Shown: positions 20,898 to 28,681 of the stretch, in pieces
Position numbering within the stretch: position 1 is the stretch's first letter
Layout: each line of letters starts with the position of its first letter
NCBI GenBank assembly: GCA_050951545.1
Contig: JBMNJG010000013.1
Coordinates: 1 to 64,000 of the forward strand
Length of the DNA stretch: 64,000 bases
Direction of reading: 5' to 3'
Source of the DNA: Limnochordia bacterium
Lineage (GTDB): Bacteria; Bacillota; Limnochordia; DTU080
The notes under the pieces: model-generated
What the model saw: only the letters and a program-made list of their open reading frames with translations
What the model was told of the DNA's origin: nothing
Database searches by the model: none
Made by a program: the position numbers and the translations under genes

Positions 20898-20999
20898 TGG
20901 TGCCAGCGTGTCGCCTTATGATGTACAAAGGAGCGCGACTTGCCCGCTCAGCCCACCCACCGGGTGACTAGGCCGCTTGACACAGGGAAGGAACGGTGA

Positions 21000-21021
21000 T
21001 GCTATCCGGTTATGTGCTGTG
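21000..21021. repeat. Direct repeat flanking HTH-nuclease gene 1 (downstream copy)
   Basis: TGCTATCCGGTTATGTGCTGTG vs TGTTGTCCGGTTATATGCTGTG at 22309-22330 (19/22). Confidence 0.75.
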
Positions 21022-21135
21022 TGAAGCAGGACTGAAGGGTTACCAGAGCGTGGAACGACGTTTCTAGACGCTCCTACTCCTAGGTGAGGAGACGCATCTT
21101 CAGTGGTTTCGCCTCAGCGAAGGGGGCCCCGCGGA

Positions 21136-22191
21136 CTAAGCTTGTGGTGTTTCCGTAGATCCACTGGGCGCCCAGCCGTGCTTGGCCTGCTCGCGGTACC
21201 GCCGGCACCTGGGCTTGAGAAGCCGGAACAGCTTCCGGTTGATGCGTACGTCGCGCCGCAGCGGCAGTCGTCTGCCAATCTTCTTCTTGATCGTCTCCCA
21301 CGAGAGCTCGCGGGACTGGATCACGATCAACTCTATGTCCTCCTCGGCACAGGTCTGCTCCTTTGTCTGGTCACGCTTCTGCTGCTCAAGCACTTGCTCA
21401 GCTGAGTAGAGCTTCGTGACACCGTAGTGTTGCGGACCATTAAACTCGAAGGCCGTATAATGAAGATAGTAGAAGAGATCCAACTCCAGCCTCTGACCGG
21501 TGTCGGGGTTCTCCAGGAAAGGGGGGCGGATGCGGGGCGTGTAATGCTGAGAGTCCACAAGAGCAGTGCAGATGCCTGTCATAAGTGCTTCCCCGTAATA
21601 CTCAGCCGTGTCGAGTTTGTGCTGTATGCGCCACACTTCTTCGCTGTGCTTCTTATCGATCGGGTTGAGGAGGGTAAAGCGAATCACGGCCTGTTTGTGT
21701 GGCTGCTCCATCTCGAGCCAGCTCAGTTTGGCTAATCGCCGCACCGCATGTTTTACGGTCTGAGGGCTCAGATGCATCAGCTCGGCGAGCTCAGAGTATT
21801 TGAACTGCCGCAGACGATACTCCGGATCGTCTTTGCCTACAAGTACTGCATAGACGACTTTGGCCTGGGGGTTGAGTTGGGTGGCCATGATCAGCTCGAC
21901 CGGAATCTGAAGCCAGCCAGGGGGCAACCACTGCTCTGATAGTTTATTCATGAGCCGAACGGTTGCCAAAACAAACCGCTCCTCGCTGAGCAGTCTGGCC
22001 ACAGCCTTGCGAACGGTCGATCGCGACATGCCCGTGCGCCGTGCCAGGCGGCTGGGCGAATAGAGAAACGCCTCGTCCAAATGAGCATCCATAGCCAAGG
22101 CCATCCAGACCACTTTTTCGCTAGCTCTCAAATCGCCAGCGCAAAGTATCGAATCAGGCACACGCGCTTCATCTATATGCAGGGAATACAA
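21136..22191 (-). CDS. Tandem winged-HTH + C-terminal PD-(D/E)XK/DUF559-like endonuclease (paralog 1)
   Basis: RBS GAGGTGA + TTG 22191; two HTH repeats (SPSRLARRTGMSRSTVRKAVARL; YSELAELMHLSPQTVKHAVRRL); nuclease motif LELDLFY..AFEFNGPQHY..QQKRDQTK. Confidence 0.8.
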   Translation of the reverse strand: MYSLHIDEARVPDSILCAGDLRASEKVVWMALAMDAHLDEAFLYSPSRLARRTGMSRSTVRKAVARLLSEERFVLATVRLMNKLSEQWLPPGWLQIPVELIMATQLNPQAKVVYAVLVGKDDPEYRLRQFKYSELAELMHLSPQTVKHAVRRLAKLSWLEMEQPHKQAVIRFTLLNPIDKKHSEEVWRIQHKLDTAEYYGEALMTGICTALVDSQHYTPRIRPPFLENPDTGQRLELDLFYYLHYTAFEFNGPQHYGVTKLYSAEQVLEQQKRDQTKEQTCAEEDIELIVIQSRELSWETIKKKIGRRLPLRRDVRINRKLFRLLKPRCRRYREQAKHGWAPSGSTETPQA

Positions 22192-22212
22192 GAAACTCAC
22201 CTCACATAACCT

Positions 22213-22226
22213 GGAACACATGTTCG
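22213..22226. promoter_or_regulatory. LexA/DinR (SOS) box
   Basis: CGAACATGTGTTCC on the minus strand = GAAC-N4-GTTC, ~10 bp upstream of the RBS. Confidence 0.75.
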
Positions 22227-22308
22227 CCCCGTTGTGACTTCTTTCTACCCGACCAAGCAGGATCCTGCCTTCTCGTGCAAAAAAGCTAACTTCACCAAAT
22301 ATCGACAT

Positions 22309-22330
22309 TGTTGTCCGGTTATATGCTGTG
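22309..22330. repeat. Direct repeat flanking HTH-nuclease gene 1 (upstream copy)
   Basis: Matches 21000-21021. Confidence 0.75.
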
Positions 22331-22436
22331 CGCCAGTCCATGCCGAAAACATCGTTCGTCCTGTTGTGCTCGGCCGAAAGAGTGGGCCATCCGCAAATAC
22401 CCCTGCAACCCATAGGCCGGAACGGGAGACATCGCT

Positions 22437-23130
22437 GTGCATGAAACTGAGCGAGACTATGAGCGACTAGCTGCACGTTTCTGGAACCTACCGCAAAAGG
22501 GCGAAGAAGAAGCCCGACGCGAGCAGTTTTTTATGGACGACATCATCCAGAAGGCTCACCTTGACCGCGAGGTGGAACGGTTAGTAGGCGGAGTCGACAC
22601 CGCTTTTGACGGCGGCGCGGGAGTTGGCCAAGGAAGCTGGAGTTGAAGACAGAATGAGTCCCAAGCATACGCAGTTGCTCACTGAGCTCGTTCGGATAGC
22701 TAGGAAAGCGGTGGTTGTGAGTGTGTCAAGTTGTCTAGGGAGCTTGCCGTACTTTCTCAACCCTATACAGAAACAGCACTACATTATGGATGAAGGTACG
22801 AGTGATCCCCTAGTTCACTGGTACGTACGCAACGAAACCAAGCAGCTTGAGGCATGGAGGCCTGACTTCGAAGCCATGAGCAATTTCCTTGTGACGGGGT
22901 TACCGAATGACCCGGACGAACTCTATGAGCGCATGGAGCTTGGCGAGGCTCCGTGGCCAATTCATTACTGCTTTCTGCCAGACGAGATCAGATCGGTATT
23001 GGAGACTGCTGGATTGAGAGACGTCAAGCTTTCAGGACCGGGTGCGTTAGCCAGATCCATTCCTCGGGAGATTCTGCAGAGGCTTCTTCTAACTCCCGAA
23101 TACCGAAAGCGCTTCCTCGACCAGGTCTGA
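22437..23130 (+). pseudogene. Class I SAM methyltransferase, frameshifted and internally deleted
   Basis: AFDGGAGVG motif I in one frame; LTELVRIARKAV..EIRSVLETAGL in the next; motifs II-IV largely missing. Confidence 0.6.
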
Positions 23131-23235
23131 CAAGCGCATTTCGCGGACGGAGTGGTAGGTTGGCGCCACTGGTAGCAGGTGAGTGTGTTGTCACTGATGC
23201 GCATGGCCGTTGGGCCGACAATGGAATGGGGCGAC

Positions 23236-23772
23236 ATGATAGTGGGTCAGCATGACTTGGTAACAGATCGTCTACTTCTTCGGCAACCCGTCGCTGGTGA
23301 TGCTGAAGCGATCTATGGCGGATACGCAAGCGATCCTGAAGTCACCAGGTATCTGCAGTGGTCCCCCCTTACCGGAATTACGGCTGCTCTTCGGTTCATC
23401 CAGGGCTGCGAAGAGAGGCGTGCCTCCGGAACGGAATTCACTTGGGCCATCACGATGAAGAGTTCCAGCGGAGTAATCGGTGTAGTGCATTGCAGCCCTC
23501 GAGGACACAAAGCGGAACTGGGCTACGCACTTGCGCGTTCGTACTGGGGACAGGGATACATGACCGAGGCGGCGCAGGCCGTCATGGACTGGCTCTTCAC
23601 ATCGCCCAAGATACACCGTGTATGGGCAACCTGCGATGTTGAGAACGTTGGATCGGTACGAGTGCTAGAAAAGCTGGGGATGACTCGAGAAGGGACGCTC
23701 AGGCGATGGGCTGTTCAGCCAAACATCTCTGCAGAGCCCAGGGACTCCTTCATGTACGCCAGGGTTCGGTAG
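23236..23772 (+). CDS. RimJ/RimL-type GNAT acetyltransferase
   Basis: TDRLLLR, ELGYALARSYWGQGYMTEA, NVGSVRVLEKLGM. Confidence 0.93.
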   Translation: MIVGQHDLVTDRLLLRQPVAGDAEAIYGGYASDPEVTRYLQWSPLTGITAALRFIQGCEERRASGTEFTWAITMKSSSGVIGVVHCSPRGHKAELGYALARSYWGQGYMTEAAQAVMDWLFTSPKIHRVWATCDVENVGSVRVLEKLGMTREGTLRRWAVQPNISAEPRDSFMYARVR

Positions 23773-24026
23773 AGAGGGTTGGCGGTCTGCTCCTCGTGTT
23801 GGGGAAACGCGGGCCCAGCGGCGCATTCACCGGACGGGTGCTCAGTTGATATCTTGGCCGCCACCGGTAATGCGCAGAGTCGTTCGCCGAATACGGGCCT
23901 TCGGCCCGACGGACAGAGACCGACTCCTTCTCCAAGCGACAGACGATCCCGCGTTCGGTGTACCCTGGATGAGCCCACCTGTTGTGGGTACAGGCAGTGC
24001 TCTTCCCAAAAGAAAGGGGCTACGGA

Positions 24027-25046
24027 TTGAGTGTGAAAATCGAGTTTGGCTATCCATTTTCGGGGTACGCACGCTTGGACTTCACCAATTGTTTCGCCAG
24101 CACCTATATGTGCCTTGAAGGGTACGACGGCACTGAGGACTGCTATTGCGGGGCCAAACTCAAGGTCTGCGATAGTTGCGGCGACTGTAAGGCGTCACTG
24201 GCCAAGAAACAGGAGGAGCTGTTCTTCTACTTCGGTACCATGACAGGGCGCAATGCCTTGCGTGCCGGATTTGACGGGCCAACCAGGATGCAGCAACTGC
24301 TCAATGACACGGATGAGAGTATCGACATGACGATGAAGATTGCGGGTTATACGTACAAGAAAGTGGTCAACGACTTCAGAAAAGCAATCCGCGAGTCGAT
24401 CAATATTGGCCAGCCTGTGCTGGCACGGATCACAGATACAGGCAAAGGTAACTTCAGGGTGATCAACGGCTATGACGGGGACACGTTGATATGCCCGGAG
24501 CCGACAGGCGCTCAGCACAGACCCGACGGGCCACCGAGTCTCGATGAAATCGGTGAGGTCTATGTGATCACTGGTAAGACGCTGCCATTAGATATGAGGG
24601 AGTGTTTCAAGTGGATTGTTCGAGTGATGGAATGCAACCGCGACAACGCCGTATGGGATGACTGTATCCGGCACTTCGACTATTGGAAGGACCTAGCGAA
24701 AGCTGACCTTGGGGAGATCAGACGACGTTTCAAGAGAATCAGTGACATCATGTGGTACACCTTCAACTGTCATAACTTCGCTGAGACATTCCGTCGGGAG
24801 CTCTTTCACAGGATCGAGGATACCACCCTGCGTGATTTGCTGTACCGCCAGATTGACATGGCATACGATTCGACTCACAATACGGCATGGCAGGTCATAG
24901 CTCTGAATGATTGTCGTGACTGGTCAAAGAGGAGGTACCACGAGCTCGAGTGGGGCATGTGCGGAAGCGTCATCAACTGCCTTCAGACGCTGAAGCGCAA
25001 CGATGAGATCGTGCTGGAGACGATGAAGGAGGCCGTCCACATGTGA
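24027..25046 (+). CDS. Hypothetical Cys-rich protein
   Basis: RBS GAAAGGGG; 339-aa ORF with CYC..CDSCGDC cluster and GQPVLA..FRVINGYDG. Confidence 0.7.
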   Translation: MSVKIEFGYPFSGYARLDFTNCFASTYMCLEGYDGTEDCYCGAKLKVCDSCGDCKASLAKKQEELFFYFGTMTGRNALRAGFDGPTRMQQLLNDTDESIDMTMKIAGYTYKKVVNDFRKAIRESINIGQPVLARITDTGKGNFRVINGYDGDTLICPEPTGAQHRPDGPPSLDEIGEVYVITGKTLPLDMRECFKWIVRVMECNRDNAVWDDCIRHFDYWKDLAKADLGEIRRRFKRISDIMWYTFNCHNFAETFRRELFHRIEDTTLRDLLYRQIDMAYDSTHNTAWQVIALNDCRDWSKRRYHELEWGMCGSVINCLQTLKRNDEIVLETMKEAVHM

Positions 25047-25126
25047 GCGACCGGATGGCCTACCGTCCGCTACTGCACTTCGGATCGACAGTTGCTTGAA
25101 AATGGTGACAAGTTGGTGGTAGTAGA

Positions 25127-25657
25127 GTGGGGCGCTCTCGGATCGTCAGGCGGTTACGGTGGTTACGCAATTGGGAGCTGTTCGATGTTGGTCTATTCCT
25201 AACTCTGTTGGTCTGGTGGGTTACCGCCCGAGATCCGTCAACATGGCTGTTGACCGCCTTTGGCGTCTCTCTCGTCTGCTATCTGCTGTTGCAGGGCGGC
25301 TTTTACTGGCACCTAAAGGCTCAGGCCGTAGCGAGCCGGTCCGGTCGGCTGCCAGCCTACTTCTGCGGCCTCTTTACTCATCTGCGATATAGTTCACTCG
25401 TACTCCTGGCCTGTTTCCCACTCATTGTAGTCAGTGCGCGGACGGTGAACTCGACAACGCTTAGCGAGCTATTACGGTCATCTGCCATCGTTGCCTTTGC
25501 AGCGCTCGAATACGTCAACTACTATCACTATCAACTGATGCATGATACGGTGAACGACCTTCGATACTTGAAGATGCATAGACGTCTGCGGAGGGCTCCA
25601 TTGGCCGATGACCTGGCTCGGTGTCACAGCAAGCGTGTTCAGCGGACGGAGCGGTAG
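25127..25657 (+). CDS. Hypothetical membrane protein
   Basis: Four hydrophobic segments; LLQGGFYWHLK and ALEYVNYYHYQLMHD. Confidence 0.75.
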   Translation: MGRSRIVRRLRWLRNWELFDVGLFLTLLVWWVTARDPSTWLLTAFGVSLVCYLLLQGGFYWHLKAQAVASRSGRLPAYFCGLFTHLRYSSLVLLACFPLIVVSARTVNSTTLSELLRSSAIVAFAALEYVNYYHYQLMHDTVNDLRYLKMHRRLRRAPLADDLARCHSKRVQRTER

Positions 25658-25902
25658 GCGAAAGACATCAGTTAGCTGACTTCGCGGGTGGGGTGATAGG
25701 GGGCAGTGGGGAGTCCAGATGAATGCGCGGAACGTGTATTGGATCGGTAGGCTGGGGGCTCGGAAACGCGAATCGCGCGACAGCGCGCTGGCGCTGGTAG
25801 TTGGCACGGCCTCTTGTTGATCATCCACCGCCAGTCGCGACGGTCGGACACATAGGGTTCTCCCTGGTGGAGGTGTGGAGCAGCGATGCGAGGAGGAGAG
25901 AC

Positions 25903-26511
25903 ATGAAGGTAACGGACTCTGTTGGGTGTGCCAGGTACCCGTGCATTGATGTGAGGCATGAGTGCCATCTTGTGCCGGATATCGAGGTCGATCCCGAGAC
26001 GATTTCCATGGTGATGATCTCAGAAGCTGCTCCAGCAGATCCTGGCGACTACTACTACGCGAAAGGCGATGCGCTCTTTGAGCAAACCACAGTACAAGCA
26101 TTCAGGGATGCTGGGGCCGAGGTCGAAGAGATACGTGACATTCTTGCGATGGGGGTGTACCTCACCACAGCGGTGAAGTGTGGCAAGACTGGCTATGGTA
26201 TCAAGGCGGGTACGATCAAGGAGTGTTCGCGGCTGCTAGAGGCGGAACTGGCCCTGTTTCCAGCAGTGCGGGTCTATCTTCTGATGGGAGACGTGGCGAT
26301 CAAGGCGCTGAACTTTGTAGCGAAGAGGCAGGGAGAGAAGCGGGTAATACCTACCGGGTCAACGTACAAGATCCGTGGGGAGGCGTACCATTACAGGGGA
26401 GCGCGAGTGTTCCCATCGTACTTGCAGGCAGGGCCAAGCTTTTTCATTGAAAAGAGCAAGCGGAGGATGATCGCGGAGGATATCGCTGCGGCACTGGAAC
26501 TGGTGCGCTAG
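25903..26511 (+). CDS. Uracil-DNA glycosylase superfamily protein
   Basis: RBS AGGAGG; MISEAAP, YLTTAVKC, ECSRLLEAEL, LMGDVA, FPSY. Confidence 0.8.
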   Translation: MKVTDSVGCARYPCIDVRHECHLVPDIEVDPETISMVMISEAAPADPGDYYYAKGDALFEQTTVQAFRDAGAEVEEIRDILAMGVYLTTAVKCGKTGYGIKAGTIKECSRLLEAELALFPAVRVYLLMGDVAIKALNFVAKRQGEKRVIPTGSTYKIRGEAYHYRGARVFPSYLQAGPSFFIEKSKRRMIAEDIAAALELVR

Positions 26512-26656
26512 CATGATCCGAGGCCGCCATTGCATCGTAGAGCCACTGTTTGAGGCCGTCCGCGCAGAGTTCGCGCACCGGGGAGAGTGCTACTCGTCTA
26601 CGTCCTCGCAGGCCAGAGACGCTTGATTCAGCAATACGACTCTCGTTCAGCGGTCA

Positions 26657-27234
26657 CTAGCCAATCCGGCCAACCACCTCAAGCAACTCCACCCGCGGCC
26701 AAGAGATCACGACGAATGACGGCAGGCCTAACCTCTGCCAGAGTGTATACGGCTCCATTCCGGTTTCCCTTGAGACAAAGAGGCTGATCACCGTCCCATG
26801 GGCGACAATCACTAGCGTTTGAGATTGGCTTTTGCTAGCGGCTGCGCTCAGTGCTACTCGGAATCTAGCGTATGCCTCATCAGCGGTCTCGCGTCCAAAC
26901 ACGAGTGTGCGTGGATTCGCGAAGAACTCCGACACCGCTATCTGAAACTCCAGTTGCCCTAGGAGTGGTACACCCCTACGATCATGCTCGTGTAGATCAT
27001 GCATTTCGCTCAATGATAGGCCTAGGTGCTGTGCCAAGGTGCCAAGATCTCTGCGGTCTCTCGCGCCTTGGGCTCCTGGCTTGAGACAACGGCTTCCGGG
27101 CAGTATGTCCTCAGCCTTTCAGCTAGTCTTAGCGACTGAACTCGCCCCTCTGGCGACAATGCCCAATCGGCAGCAGATAGCGCCGGGTCAATGATCGGCA
27201 TCGCATGTTTGACCAAGATCAAGCGCCGTACCAT
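26657..27234 (-). pseudogene. Histidine phosphatase family gene disrupted by an 8-bp duplication
   Basis: LILVKHA, SSQEPKARETA, LHEHDR, IVAHGT across two frames; GTGCCAAG tandemly duplicated at 27031-27046. Confidence 0.85.
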
Positions 27235-27238
27235 TCCC

Positions 27239-27580
27239 TCAAAGTTCTTCCCATGTCAGCGGCGCACGTTCCAGGTCAGTGACTATCGACTGTGCCCTGA
27301 CATCAAACCACTGCTGGAACAGAGCGAAGCTTCGCTTCTTGGGCCAAAGACGCCGGTCCTCATCCCACCCCTCTAGCTCGTACTCGAAAATGCGGCTGAA
27401 GTAATCTGTGACTGGCGCCGACTCTTCGCTACCCTCAGGGTCTTCTGCAACCAGGTACACCGACACCTGTTCCCGCAGCCATTCTGTCTCTCCTTGGAGC
27501 GAGGGATCCAGACTAACGATCCACTGGATATATGGCTCCTTCGGCACAATCACCAAGGCAGATCTGTTGATGGTCCTCAT
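27239..27580 (-). CDS. Conserved hypothetical protein
   Basis: RBS GGAAGG; INRSALVIVPKEPY..IFEYELEGW..WPKKRSFALFQQWF. Confidence 0.75.
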   Translation of the reverse strand: MRTINRSALVIVPKEPYIQWIVSLDPSLQGETEWLREQVSVYLVAEDPEGSEESAPVTDYFSRIFEYELEGWDEDRRLWPKKRSFALFQQWFDVRAQSIVTDLERAPLTWEEL

Positions 27581-28170
27581 CAGACACCTTCCCTTGCGTT
27601 ACTGCTCGTTCTGTGCAGCTTCTCAGCTTCCTTCGATCAGTACCAGATTACTCCCTCGGCGGCGTAACACCTGCGTGGCTATCGCCAAATCGATGCTGCC
27701 GCAGTAGGTACAGCACCCGTATCGGTTCCAGAGGGCTAGCCTTCGGTGAGGGAGCTCAGTGACGCAAGAACGTTGGGCGGGTAGAAGAGATGCGTCAATC
27801 AGACCCACGGTCTACGGAGAAAGGCAGTGAGATGTCCGACGCTTGGGACCTCACCGCGCTGCGGATTCCGCCTTTGCACAGGCGGTGGATGACGCTCACA
27901 CCATGGGCCAGTTGCGCCTTGCGTTGACCATGGCGATGACGCGACGCCGTCCTTTGGGTCGGCTAGGGATTGTGTAGGTCCTCGCCAGTTGGCGCGGCAA
28001 ACCGTGTCGGGTTCGATCGTTTCTGGTGCTCCAGACGACGAACCGGAGTGACCAGCGCCGCCTTTTCACGGCCAAGCGGGGCTGTGGGGCGTGAAAGCGG
28101 GACATGAGACGCGGTTTCAGTCAGAACCATTAATCGAAACTGCCCTTTCTTTCCACCTCCCTGGCATCAG

Positions 28171-28288
28171 GTACTGGCTGATCGGCTCAAGAGCATTGAT
28201 TGGCGAGCTCGTCGGGCGGAGTACCTGGAACAGGTCCCGCCTGAGGTACTGGACGAGGTTGTCGGGGACTCACAAATCTCACAGATAA
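28171..28288 (+). pseudogene. MazF/PemK toxin C-terminal remnant
   Basis: VLADRLKSIDWRARRAEYLEQVPPEVLDEV resembles MazF ..LADQVKSIAWRAR.. Confidence 0.7.
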
Positions 28289-28681
28289 GGAGCGAGGAAA
28301 TGAGCACAAAATCCAGCGAGCCTTCTGTCACCACCGGGCTTCCAGCAGGGACACCACACACGACAGTATAATCCGATGATAGTCAGGCTTTTCATCCATT
28401 TGCGAACACCCCCCCAAGGAATATTGGCCCGCATAGTCGAAACCCAGCTTACCAAATGACCGAAGGAGCGCTCCATCATGTCATCAGCTTCGTGGCGGTC
28501 ACATGCGATGGCTTTGCAGCTTGCGTTTCTGTGCGTTTTCTTTCTTGCGGTGGGTGCCAAACCTACTCTAGCTGCGGGTCATGATCTCCGTTTTGATGGC
28601 CAGACTGCTCGTAGTGGATAACATGCCGAAAGAGGCCCGCGAGCAAATGCGCAAAATGTAGAAAAAGGAGCTAGTGTAGCC

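Noticed and set aside
22192-22476. Longer N-terminus for paralog 1 (and 57919-57996 for paralog 2)
   Set aside because: Paralog similarity begins at the TTG codons with strong RBSs, and the extensions contain the LexA boxes.
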